From positions 1-52,233 of the IMG/VR virus record IMGVR_UViG_3300010231_000010: a stretch of 52,233 nucleotides of DNA; one strand, 5' to 3'. Source of the DNA: a virus. The translations under genes and the position numbers were made by a program. The notes beneath the pieces are model-generated. The model did not search any database. It had not been told where the DNA came from and worked only from the letters and a program-made list of their open reading frames with translations. The stretch's first letter is position 1. The number at the start of each line of letters is the position of its first letter. This document shows, piece by piece, positions 32,876 through 42,396 of this stretch.

Positions 32876-33388
32876 ATGTCTGAAGATTCTGAAACCTACG
32901 CCCCCACAAGCCCATCGCAGGCCGCCGAGGCAGCAGCCAAGTTCCTGGGCGTGTTCCCGGGTGTCGGGTTCGAACTCGCGGACGGCAAGGTGTGGCGTCT
33001 GCCGATGCCGAGTTACCTGCCGCCGAAGATGAAGCGCCGGTATCTGGAGCATCTGCGCTTCATGGCCCACGACCTCGACACGGAGAAGGTCTCCAGCCGA
33101 GACCCGATCACCGACAGGCTGATTGAGCGCGAGCAGACGGTGTGGCCGCTGCAGTTCGGCGGCAAGCTGCTCGACGAGGATGAGTTGCTGTGTGTCGCCT
33201 TGATGGCCGACGACGGCGACGATGAGGGGCAGGCCGCCCGGGATGCGTATCTCAAGGACGGTACCCTGCCCGAGACGTATGAGCAGTTCCTGGCGGCCGA
33301 TGGTGTTCCGGGCCAGGTGCAGGTGCATTGGCGCGTGATGAACCTCCAGTTGGAGGAGCGTATCAAGCGCGATCCCAAAAGTCGTTGA
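32876..33388 (+). CDS. Tail assembly chaperone (short, G-like form)
   Basis: 170-aa acidic protein lying between the major tail and tape measure genes. Confidence 0.8.
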   Translation: MSEDSETYAPTSPSQAAEAAAKFLGVFPGVGFELADGKVWRLPMPSYLPPKMKRRYLEHLRFMAHDLDTEKVSSRDPITDRLIEREQTVWPLQFGGKLLDEDELLCVALMADDGDDEGQAARDAYLKDGTLPETYEQFLAADGVPGQVQVHWRVMNLQLEERIKRDPKSR

Positions 33389-33821
33389 CGCCCTGTGGTT
33401 TTGGGTCCAGTGGGCCGACGAAATCGAATCTGACCTACTGACCTACAAGGGCCTGGATATTGGGCTCTGGTATCGGCTGACCATCAACCCGGACACGACC
33501 GACCCGTACTTGTCGAGCCGGCGCCTGTTGGTGCTCTTGGAGTTCATGGACGAGAACGGCGCCTTCAAGACGGCGACGCGCGGCGGTGGCTGGCCGGACT
33601 GGAAGCGGATGTTGGCCGAGGGTGTCAACGAGCAGTACCGGATGCGGGCGTCGTATCACGCGGCGCACAGCACCAAAGAGAACGACGTCCGGTTCGATCC
33701 GAGCACGTTGTATTTCCTCGATCCGGTTGAGCGTGAGTTGCGTGATGCGGCGGTCAAACAGCAAGGCGCCGAGACGGATCAGGCCGTCTCTGATTTCAAC
33801 GCTGAGCTTGGTTTTGGATGA
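32876..33821 (+). CDS. Tail assembly chaperone, frameshifted long form (GT-like), join(32876..33379,33381..33821)
   Basis: The downstream frame is open from 33342 and encodes ...VVDALWFWVQWADEIESDLLTYKGLDIGLWYRL...SSRRLLVLLEF. It is the +1 frame relative to G, and CCCAAAA (33374-33380) is the only slippery site in the 47-nt overlap. Confidence 0.7.
33374..33380 (+). promoter_or_regulatory. Slippery heptamer CCC_AAA_A (zero-frame phasing) for a +1 shift
   Basis: tRNA-Pro can re-pair CCC to CCA, and tRNA-Lys AAA to AAA, one base downstream. Confidence 0.55.
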
Positions 33822-33837
33822 AAGGTGGTGAGCACGC

Positions 33838-36800
33838 GTGGAACCCATCCTCATGATGATCGAGCCGACGCTTGATGAGCGTGCCGCCACCTCGACGATG
33901 GCGCGGGCTCAGCGTGTGTATGAAGAGGGCGCCCGTGACATCTCGAAGGTGATGCGCCAGCAATTGACTCATGGCGCCGAGGCGGCCGGCAAGGGCTTCG
34001 ATGAGCTAGAGACCAAGGCGCGCAAGGCGTATCTGGGGATGCAGGATGCCAGCGAGAAGGTTGCGGCGGCTGAGCGTAAGCATCAGGCGGCTGTGGAAAA
34101 GGGCGCGGCCAACGCCGAGTCGTTGGGCCGCAAGGTTGAGCGGGCCCGCCTCGCTGAGATTGAGGCGATTGAGCGGGCTACGGCTGCGTACAAGGAGTAT
34201 GGGCAGGCCGCTGATCAGGCTGGCAACAAGGCTGTTGGCGGTCTGCGTGGCGCCTTGGCTGGCGCTCGTAGTGCTGGCGGGGAGATGGCGGGTGGTTTCG
34301 CTGAAGGGTTCGCTGGTTCGTCTGCGTTGATGCGTCTCGGTTCGGCCGCTGGACCCATCGGCCTTGCCATTGCGGGTACGGCGGCATTGGGCGTCATGGG
34401 TGGAAAGGTGTTGGCGGACAGCATCTTGGCCGGTATGGATCAGGCGCGGATGCGCGACCTGTTCCAGGCGCGCCTTGGCGTGGACTCCGGGGTGATGCAG
34501 AAGATTGGCGACGCGGCTGGGGCTGCGTTCGCGCAGGGTTTCGGCGGGTCCGCCGAGGAGAACCTGAAGACGATTTCTGCGGGTATCCGCGCGGGTCTGA
34601 TTGGTCCGAGGTCGTCGGATGCCGATTTGGCGAAGTTCACCGAGCGGATGGATACGACCAGCAAGATCACTGGGCTGGACACCGGCGAGATTGCGTCCAA
34701 GTCCCGCAACATCGTTCGCAACGGCCTAGCACGGGACTACGCCGAAGTGCTAGACCTACTGAACTCTGAAGCGGGCAAGCAGCTCGACATCTCTGGTGAC
34801 CTGTTGGACACCACCGAGGAGTATGCGACGGCTTGGCATGGTGTCGGGCTGTCTGCTGCCGATGCGTTCGGCTTGATGAAGCAGATGTCTGATGCAGGCA
34901 TCCGCAACACCGACGTGGCGGCGGATTCCCTCAAAGAGTTGTCGATCAACGTGGCCGACAACTCGAAGACGACGCGCGCGGCTTTCGTGGCGTTGGGATT
35001 TGATGCCGACGACATGAACCGGCGATTTGCCGAGGGTGGCGCTACTGCACGTGAGGCGTTCGGCGCGGTGCTGACCGCGATGCAGGACATGAAGGATCCG
35101 CAGGATAAGACCAACATTGGCTTGGCCCTGTTCAAGACGAAGTGGGAAGACGCCAAGACCGCCATCGAAGCCGCGAACCTGAAGACCGCGGCGACAGACA
35201 TGGGCAAGATCACCGGTTCCACTGATGATGCCACCAAGCAGCTCAACACCCATGCCGATGCGTGGGGCAACCTCGGCAACAAAATCTCGCAAATGTGGGA
35301 CCAGACCGAGCGAAAGCTTGCGAACAGTTGGCTTGGGAAGTTCGTCGGTATGACGTTACCGGACTGGCTGTCCAAATTCCTCGACTGGTCATCTCGGAAT
35401 CTGGATAACAAGCCCGCTCAGCCGCCGCAGCCAAAGGTGTACGGGCCGCCAATGCCCAGTAGTTCACGCTTCGCCCTACCTCCGGGCGCGACGCCCTCCT
35501 TGGCTCCGAATGACCTGGGCGGACTGCTTGGTGACACGCCACCTCCTCCGACGACTGCGGATTTCCGCGCTTGGTATGGGCCTGGTGTCCGGCCGCCCGA
35601 TGCCCCGCCATTGACGCACGGAGCTCAGGGGCACTACTCACCCGAGGATGCTGCCGGGTCGAAGAGTCTTCCACCCGCTCCGGTGTTGCCGTTGCAGTAC
35701 ACGAACACCGCTGGGCTGCCGGCGGGTATTGCGAACGCGCAGCAGAGCCTGGATGAGCGCAAGCATGACGTCGCCGAGAAGCAGGCGCGGGTGGCTCAGC
35801 TGGAGCAACTCAATGCCAAAGAGGATGACTTAACCAAGGCGCGCAACGACTTAACGAAGGCGCAGCAGGATCAGCTCAAGGCTGAGCAGTCGTTGACTGA
35901 TGCGCGGATCAATGCCACGAAGCAGGCGAACAAGCAACTCGCTGGCCTGTCGTCGGATATGGAGCAGTTGGGGTCGCAGCTCGACAAGGACTTCGGTATC
36001 TCCAAAGGCCTGGGTGGGATTGTCGAGAACGCGGTCAAGGCGCTCGGCAACATCGTCGCAGCTCCGTTCCTGCAGGCGCTCGGTTTCGTGGCCAAAGCCA
36101 ACCCGAACGAAGGCTCCGGCCTGATCGGTATTGCTGCCGCGAATGGTGCGTTCGGGTCTCAGTACACCCCGGGCGCGATCGCCATGATGCAGGCGTCTCA
36201 GCGGTCCGGTGGCGGCGGATATCCAGGCGGCTATGCCCCAGTGGCGGCAGCCGTAGGTGGAGGTCAGCCCTATGGACTGCCAAACGGCACCGATATTCGA
36301 CAGGGCGCCCCAGGCTTCCCTAGTTGGGTTTACCAGGTTGCCAACGCTTTCGGGTTGCAGGCGAGCACCTATGCGGGCCACCAGGAGGACAAGGGCCAGG
36401 GCAATCAGGGCATTGACTGGTGGGGCCCGGTGGAGAATCGGCAGCGGTTCGCCGAATGGCTCGCGCAGAACCGTGGCATGCCAGGGCTCGAAGACGTCAT
36501 TTTTGAGAACCCGACCACTGGTCAGGACATCGGCGTCAACAACGGTCGCCTTGTCGGAACGCCGGGTAGTGCGGACCCTGGCTACTTCCGGCGCGGGAAG
36601 AACGATTTCGCCGACCACCGGGACCACGTCCACACGACGCAGAGCCAGTCGTTCGGCCTCCCTGGCTCGCCGCAGGCAACCGATTCGATGAATAGCCTTG
36701 CAGGAGCGGCTAATTCGGCTGCCAACGCGCTGGGTGGTCTGTCCACGCAGCAGTGGAACAACATTGCGGGCGCGGAGGCTAGTGGGAACTGGGCCGCGAA

Positions 36801-37575
36801 CACCGGCAATGGCTACTCGGGTGGCCTGCAGTTCAGCCCGCAGACGTGGAATGCGTTCGGCGGTCAGGCGTTTGCGCCTCAGGCTTGGCAGGCGACACCT
36901 GAGCAGCAGATGGCGGTCGGCAACAACGTGCTCGCTGGGCAGGGTCCGGGTGCGTGGCCTGCTACGTCGGCGGCGCATCCGGAGTGGTTCCAGCCAGGGG
37001 TTGGCATCCCTGCGAGTGTGGGACCTACGGGTGGTCCGATGATGCCGGGAATGGGTCAGTCGCAGGGGCTCCCCAGCGTCGGTCTCGGCAGTGTGTATCC
37101 GTCGCAGGGTGGCAACTCGGGCAACATCCTCGGCGGTATGGCGATGGACGGCATCATGGCCGCGACGTCTGGTTTGGATGCGCTTGCCCCCGGCGCCGGT
37201 GCCGCAGCGAAGATTGGCATCCAGGTTCTGAATCGCACCGTGGGCTATGCCGCGCAGAACATGGGCATCGCGGCGAACGCAGTCGGTGAATTCCTCACTG
37301 TCGGCGACAACCCCAAGGGCAGCATCGGTGCTGGTTGGCTCGGGAAGCTGGCCGGTGGTATCGCTGGTGCCGCTCCTGCGCTGCCGAATCTGGCTGGCGG
37401 GAAGAAGCCTCCGGGGCCGATGGATCAGGCGACTGGTGGCCAGCAGCAGGGCGGCAACACCTACGGCGACACGAACATCACCGTGCAGTCGCGCGAGGGT
37501 GCGAGCGGGCAGGAGCACGGCGAGCAGATCGCGGCTGAGCAGGGACGCATGTACGCGCCGGCGGGTCGCCAGTGA
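33838..37575 (+). CDS. Tape measure protein with embedded cell-wall-hydrolase-like motifs
   Basis: 1245 aa with Ala/Gly-rich helical repeats. An Rpf/transglycosylase-like block (AGAEASGNWAANTGNGYSGGLQFSPQTWNAFGG) lies at about 36748-36975. An upstream His/Asp block ends in DHRDHVH. Confidence 0.95.
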   Translation: MEPILMMIEPTLDERAATSTMARAQRVYEEGARDISKVMRQQLTHGAEAAGKGFDELETKARKAYLGMQDASEKVAAAERKHQAAVEKGAANAESLGRKVERARLAEIEAIERATAAYKEYGQAADQAGNKAVGGLRGALAGARSAGGEMAGGFAEGFAGSSALMRLGSAAGPIGLAIAGTAALGVMGGKVLADSILAGMDQARMRDLFQARLGVDSGVMQKIGDAAGAAFAQGFGGSAEENLKTISAGIRAGLIGPRSSDADLAKFTERMDTTSKITGLDTGEIASKSRNIVRNGLARDYAEVLDLLNSEAGKQLDISGDLLDTTEEYATAWHGVGLSAADAFGLMKQMSDAGIRNTDVAADSLKELSINVADNSKTTRAAFVALGFDADDMNRRFAEGGATAREAFGAVLTAMQDMKDPQDKTNIGLALFKTKWEDAKTAIEAANLKTAATDMGKITGSTDDATKQLNTHADAWGNLGNKISQMWDQTERKLANSWLGKFVGMTLPDWLSKFLDWSSRNLDNKPAQPPQPKVYGPPMPSSSRFALPPGATPSLAPNDLGGLLGDTPPPPTTADFRAWYGPGVRPPDAPPLTHGAQGHYSPEDAAGSKSLPPAPVLPLQYTNTAGLPAGIANAQQSLDERKHDVAEKQARVAQLEQLNAKEDDLTKARNDLTKAQQDQLKAEQSLTDARINATKQANKQLAGLSSDMEQLGSQLDKDFGISKGLGGIVENAVKALGNIVAAPFLQALGFVAKANPNEGSGLIGIAAANGAFGSQYTPGAIAMMQASQRSGGGGYPGGYAPVAAAVGGGQPYGLPNGTDIRQGAPGFPSWVYQVANAFGLQASTYAGHQEDKGQGNQGIDWWGPVENRQRFAEWLAQNRGMPGLEDVIFENPTTGQDIGVNNGRLVGTPGSADPGYFRRGKNDFADHRDHVHTTQSQSFGLPGSPQATDSMNSLAGAANSAANALGGLSTQQWNNIAGAEASGNWAANTGNGYSGGLQFSPQTWNAFGGQAFAPQAWQATPEQQMAVGNNVLAGQGPGAWPATSAAHPEWFQPGVGIPASVGPTGGPMMPGMGQSQGLPSVGLGSVYPSQGGNSGNILGGMAMDGIMAATSGLDALAPGAGAAAKIGIQVLNRTVGYAAQNMGIAANAVGEFLTVGDNPKGSIGAGWLGKLAGGIAGAAPALPNLAGGKKPPGPMDQATGGQQQGGNTYGDTNITVQSREGASGQEHGEQIAAEQGRMYAPAGRQ

Positions 37576-39299
37576 CCGCGCCCGCGCCGAAGCGCTACCC
37601 GGCCAACAGAATCCTGCCGCACGGGGCCTACCACTTTCTCAAGGGCACGGGCCCGAATGTCCGGCTGACGTCGTTTGACGGCACGGTCATCTTCGACATC
37701 ATGGGCGGCGGTTCAATCGCCGACAAGTACCTCTCGCCTGAATGCGCCATCCTCAACGAGGCACCGAAAGGTGTTGGCGGGGCATGGAAAGCCGTTGTTC
37801 AGCAGGGCGCGAACGAGGACGGTGAGACGTTCCTGTTCGCGGTGAATGAGGCGATGGAAACGACTCTGCCTCTGCTGTTGGTTGGTCGTGATGCGGCGCA
37901 TGTGGCGCAGGTGCGGCAGGCTCTGGTGAGTTCAGTCGATAAGACGAAGCTTGCCCGGTTGCGCTGGTGGACGCAGAAACTCGGCTACTGGTGGGGCGAT
38001 GTCCGCCACGCCCGCCCGTCTGTCGGTGGCTACGACATCGGGAAGCGCCGCTCGGTCAAGTACGACCTGCATCTGAAGGTTGATGGTGGCTCGTGGCGGA
38101 CGTTCGATCATGTCGATGAGTTCCGGCTGCCGTACGACTCGATGAAGGACTCCTTCGATGTGGATTACGTCGAGGACAAGAACATGGGCCCGAACTGGCC
38201 GCTGTACTTCACTGGTCCGGGTGGTGGTTATCCGTACACGTTGCGTGGTGCGATGCGGTGGCGTGATGATCCGTCGCGGACGTTCTTCACTGAGCCGCGT
38301 TCGTTCGTCGCCGGCCCGTTCAAGGACTTCTCGACGGCGTCGGATAACCAGGTCATCAGCATCGTGTTCGACTCCATTCAGGAGTGGGGCGCGTCGAATG
38401 ACATCTGGGGGCGCAAAGGGCGCGGTCCGACGGGCCAGTGGAACGGCTATGGCGTCCGGGCGCGCATCACCGGTCCGTGGATTGAAGTCGCGGCGTACAA
38501 CAACTTCCACAAGACGATCATCGCGCAGGGTTTCGCGTCGATCCCGATTCCCCCAGGGATTGGTGATCGGTACCGGTTGGAGTGCGGCGGCCTGGATAAG
38601 GACGGCAACTTCAACCCGCGCATCTTCCGGGTTCGTCGTGGTGGGGCAACGATTTTCACCGCGAAGGATAAGGCAGGGGTTTCGGCGCTGGGTGCGTCGT
38701 TCCGTGGCGTCGGGACTGGCGGCCAGGCTGCGGGCGCGCTCGTCACACAGGGGACTCCGGCGTCGATCCGCGAGGTATCGGCCGGCGACCTCACGAACGC
38801 CGCGCCTACCGGGTACCTGACCCGCATCAACGTGGGCGATCAGGACATGTGGGACCGCTACACGATCTACGGGCCTGGGACGTTCGAGATCGCTTCCGGG
38901 CCTGGCGCTAAGCAGACGGTGAAGATCGGTCCGCTGCTACCGAATCAGGTGGTTCAGTTGCGCACGGATGGGACGAAGCGGCGCATCATCGACCTGACTT
39001 CTGTGCCGCCGACCGCCGCTGAGCTGCTGGAGTACAAGAAGGCTCTGGCCGAGTTGGATTCGTACGCGCCGATCAAGAACATCGGGCCCACGCGCCAGTC
39101 GAACGCCAGTGAGTTCGGTGTCGTTCCGCCGCAAGGGAATCTGCATCGGATCATCGATGGTTGGTTCACGCATCCGATTCCGCCGATGTCTGCTGATGGC
39201 ACGGTGAAGGAGTATCGCGTGGCGTGCAAGATCACGGGCGGTAATCCGGATTCGCGGATCATCGCTGCGGGAACACCATTGAGGAAGCTACCCGCCTAG
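37572..39299 (+). CDS. Minor tail protein (distal-tail-protein position)
   Basis: GTGA overlap with the tape measure stop; 575 aa. Confidence 0.8.
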   Translation: MTAPAPKRYPANRILPHGAYHFLKGTGPNVRLTSFDGTVIFDIMGGGSIADKYLSPECAILNEAPKGVGGAWKAVVQQGANEDGETFLFAVNEAMETTLPLLLVGRDAAHVAQVRQALVSSVDKTKLARLRWWTQKLGYWWGDVRHARPSVGGYDIGKRRSVKYDLHLKVDGGSWRTFDHVDEFRLPYDSMKDSFDVDYVEDKNMGPNWPLYFTGPGGGYPYTLRGAMRWRDDPSRTFFTEPRSFVAGPFKDFSTASDNQVISIVFDSIQEWGASNDIWGRKGRGPTGQWNGYGVRARITGPWIEVAAYNNFHKTIIAQGFASIPIPPGIGDRYRLECGGLDKDGNFNPRIFRVRRGGATIFTAKDKAGVSALGASFRGVGTGGQAAGALVTQGTPASIREVSAGDLTNAAPTGYLTRINVGDQDMWDRYTIYGPGTFEIASGPGAKQTVKIGPLLPNQVVQLRTDGTKRRIIDLTSVPPTAAELLEYKKALAELDSYAPIKNIGPTRQSNASEFGVVPPQGNLHRIIDGWFTHPIPPMSADGTVKEYRVACKITGGNPDSRIIAAGTPLRKLPA

Positions 39300-39355
39300 A
39301 TGGTTACTATCGTCGCCGCCCAGTTCGCTGGAGCGGCTAGTTCGGGCTGCGCGCG

Positions 39356-41521
39356 ATGAAGCTGACCGACGCTGAGGTCGAGCGGTGGAAGCGTGACCTG
39401 GACTCGGGTGATAAGTGGCGTGAGGCCGAAGCGGCTGAGGTGTTGTCGCAGTCGTTCTCGGCCGATGACACCGACCACATCATCACCGCGTGCGACTACC
39501 TGTGGCGCGAGATCGACCGCATCGGCGACTTCATCGAACTGACGTACACGATCCCGAGAAACCTTGCCCCACAAGCGACGTTGACGTTGAAGGGCGATCA
39601 CCATCTGGTACCGCTGTTCCGGACGTGCACGCAGACGATGGTCGGTATCACCATCGAGACAGCGGGTATCTCGGAGGCGTTCTACGTCAAGCGGCACCGG
39701 GAAAAGCTGGGCCCGGACGGTGTGTGGACGCACGTGCTGGAGCTCGTCGGCATCTACGACATCCTGAACTACCTGGTCATCTGGCCGTCGTGGTACCTGC
39801 CGATCCAGTCGCAGCCGTTCTCGCACGCGATCTACGCGGCGCCGATCTGCACGGCGATCGAGTCGATGGCGGCGGAACAGTCGTTGCGTATCCAGTCGGG
39901 CATGTGGGAGTTCGTCAACAACTTCCTGTCGGGCAACCCGGATGTGCGGTCCTACTTCGGCACTGTCCTGCAGGGATTGAAGCGTGATGGTAAGCCGTCG
40001 ACGATCCTGAAAACGCCTCTCTACGTTGTCCGTACGGGCCTACTGCGGGATAGCTCGCAGGTTTACGTGAAGACCGTCCGGATGCAGACGGTCGGCCAGA
40101 TCATCACGGAGATCACCGCAGCCTACGGTGTGGACGTTCGGGTGCATCTGTGGCGGCCGGGTGACCCGCAGCCGGACCAGTGGGCGAACCTCGAGGTACC
40201 CACATATGTGATGACGGTTCGGGACCGCACGCAGATCGAGGGCCCGACGAAGAGCATCCTGGATTCGGCGCTGCGTCTGGTTGTCGATGTGCAGGGTTCG
40301 CTGTTGGGCAATACGCTTTCGCCGCTGCTGAATCCGGATGGCAAGTACGCGCCTGAGGGTCTGTATATCGCGCCGCGGCTGGGCATCAATTTCGTGATGC
40401 CGTACGCAATGATCGTCACGCCGGACAACGTGATCACCGAGGACGGGGACGTTGTTCGGGAGCGGTCGCCGCTGGTGTCGTGCGAGATCGCGCACAACAC
40501 ACCCCTTGGGTGGCAACACATTATCGGCGGCAAGTGCGTCGCCGGTGAGACATTGGCGCACACAGCCGAGGGTCTCATACCGGTCAAAGAGCTTGTGGGC
40601 CGCACGATTCTGACCCTGTCTGCCGACGGTGTTTACCGGCCAGCGGAATGGAAGACCTACGGGGAGCAGCAGCTCTACAAGGTCGTGTTCGACAACGGCG
40701 ACCACATCTTCGCCACGGACACGCACGAGTGGGTAGCGATCGGCCGCAACAAGCGGATCACGACGGTCGAGCTTGTGGGCGAGCGCATTCCGCGCGTTGC
40801 ACACGCAGGCCGGTATGGACAGCTGGACTACCTCGCGGCAGAGGGTACGTCGGCCGTTGTCGTGAGGGTTGAGGAAACCGACCGGTACGAGACGGTGTAC
40901 TGCTGCGAGGAACCGGTCACCAACACCTGGGTGGCAGGCGACGGATACCTCACCTCGAACTCGCCGAAGTGGCTCAATGACCTGATCAACGCGTTCTTTG
41001 CCTACGTTATCGATGTTGCGATGATCGTCATCGGATTTACCGGTGTCCCAAGCAATCTGCTCGACGGCTTCATGAACGACAGCTTCTTGGCGTTCCAGTT
41101 GATCGAGCACTACACGCGGCGCAACAGTGTCGGTCCTTACCACCCGGCGATCGAGGTGTTCACCTCCACGAACAGCGCCCCGTACAACGTCGAGGCTCTG
41201 TTCCAGTTCATCCAAGTGCTTTGGAATAGCAGGGGTTACACGACGGCGATCGCGACATTCCGTGGTCAGAACGGCCCGTACAAGCTGGGTCGCGACATCT
41301 TCCCGGGCGCGCTGATGATCCTGGTGTACGCGTCGCGGACGAAGCTCTACACCGACTACATCGAGTTGGTCAGCGGCAAGGTCAACCGGAATACGCGTGA
41401 GTTGACGGTGCAGATGGGTGATGGGAAGCCGTTGGAGCATCCGATTGCGCAGTTGCGTCGAAACATGAGCGAAGCAATGGCAGCCGTGAACGTCGTATCG
41501 CTGGCGCCCAATAGTGGTTAA
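39356..41521 (+). CDS. Minor tail protein (tail-tip position) interrupted by a mini-intein
   Basis: 721-aa ORF. Residues 394-535 form a Hint domain, and the two exteins together total 579 aa. Confidence 0.8.
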   Translation: MKLTDAEVERWKRDLDSGDKWREAEAAEVLSQSFSADDTDHIITACDYLWREIDRIGDFIELTYTIPRNLAPQATLTLKGDHHLVPLFRTCTQTMVGITIETAGISEAFYVKRHREKLGPDGVWTHVLELVGIYDILNYLVIWPSWYLPIQSQPFSHAIYAAPICTAIESMAAEQSLRIQSGMWEFVNNFLSGNPDVRSYFGTVLQGLKRDGKPSTILKTPLYVVRTGLLRDSSQVYVKTVRMQTVGQIITEITAAYGVDVRVHLWRPGDPQPDQWANLEVPTYVMTVRDRTQIEGPTKSILDSALRLVVDVQGSLLGNTLSPLLNPDGKYAPEGLYIAPRLGINFVMPYAMIVTPDNVITEDGDVVRERSPLVSCEIAHNTPLGWQHIIGGKCVAGETLAHTAEGLIPVKELVGRTILTLSADGVYRPAEWKTYGEQQLYKVVFDNGDHIFATDTHEWVAIGRNKRITTVELVGERIPRVAHAGRYGQLDYLAAEGTSAVVVRVEETDRYETVYCCEEPVTNTWVAGDGYLTSNSPKWLNDLINAFFAYVIDVAMIVIGFTGVPSNLLDGFMNDSFLAFQLIEHYTRRNSVGPYHPAIEVFTSTNSAPYNVEALFQFIQVLWNSRGYTTAIATFRGQNGPYKLGRDIFPGALMILVYASRTKLYTDYIELVSGKVNRNTRELTVQMGDGKPLEHPIAQLRRNMSEAMAAVNVVSLAPNSG
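40535..40960 (+). mobile_element. Mini-intein (142 aa, no endonuclease domain)
   Basis: Cys1 in CVAGETLAHTAEG (block A), ATDTHEW (block B, TxxH), VYCCEEPVTNTWVAG (block F), GYLTSN followed by Ser+1 (block G). Confidence 0.75.
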
Positions 41522-41535
41522 TCCGAGGAGGTTTC

Positions 41536-42396
41536 GTGGCTGAGATTCTGTGGCGCACCGAATACCGCGATGGTGTGCGGTGGCTGTTCTGCAATCTCGC
41601 CGAGTTGGGTTTCCGGCTCGATGACGATGGCCAGGCGTCGGGGATGTTCCTTGCTGTTGCTGCCCCGCTTGGTGGCATCGCGTCGCTGGGGAACATTCTC
41701 GCAAAGGGCGATCAGGGTTTCTCGCCGTCGATCGAGATGGGCAGTTTCGTCGAGCTCGATGCTGACGATGTGACCCCGGCGTCGGTGTCGCTGAATCTGC
41801 TCGCTGAAGCGACGGATGTGTCGGGTCCGGTGTACAGCCTGGACGTGGTACTGCATCGCGGGGCGACGGGCGAGGCGGGCACTGTGGTGTTCAACCCGGG
41901 GGCCATCTCTGAGGACCCGCAGCTTGGTTGGATTCCCGCCGTGGCCGCTGGCCTCGAAGAGTTCGAGCTTGTGCCGCAGCGGGTTCCGACGATGCATTGG
42001 CCCGCGACCGTGACGGACGTACCCACGGGGACAACAGCCGGATTCACGCTGACCACTGTCCCGATCGCTGCCGTTCCGTACGACCGCTACGTGATCCCCA
42101 CTGGCGAGGTGCAGGTGGTCGCTGCATCGGGAACGAACCTGCGGGTTGACCTGGTCGCGCACCTGGACGATGAGACGGGCACGAAGATCGTGGGCCGGTC
42201 GTTCGGTGTTGCGGGCGCGAAAGACAAGCTGTCGCTGATCGGTTACCCGCCGGCCGGTACCACGTCGAGTGCGACGAAGATTCTGGCGAACAACCCGGCG
42301 AACGTGTACTTCCGCACTGAGAAGCAGGCTGGTTCGTCGGCGTACTCGTCGGTGGCTGGTACCGCTCTGTTTGGTTGCATGACGGTGCCCGCATGA
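41536..42396 (+). CDS. Minor tail protein
   Basis: GTG 41536 follows GAGGAGG; 286 aa. Confidence 0.75.
   Translation: MAEILWRTEYRDGVRWLFCNLAELGFRLDDDGQASGMFLAVAAPLGGIASLGNILAKGDQGFSPSIEMGSFVELDADDVTPASVSLNLLAEATDVSGPVYSLDVVLHRGATGEAGTVVFNPGAISEDPQLGWIPAVAAGLEEFELVPQRVPTMHWPATVTDVPTGTTAGFTLTTVPIAAVPYDRYVIPTGEVQVVAASGTNLRVDLVAHLDDETGTKIVGRSFGVAGAKDKLSLIGYPPAGTTSSATKILANNPANVYFRTEKQAGSSAYSSVAGTALFGCMTVPA

Noticed and set aside
33371-33388. Canonical -1 programmed frameshift for the tail chaperone
   Set aside because: The -1 frame does not carry the T-like extension. The open downstream frame is +1, and the heptamer is phased CCC_AAA_A rather than X_XXY_YYZ.
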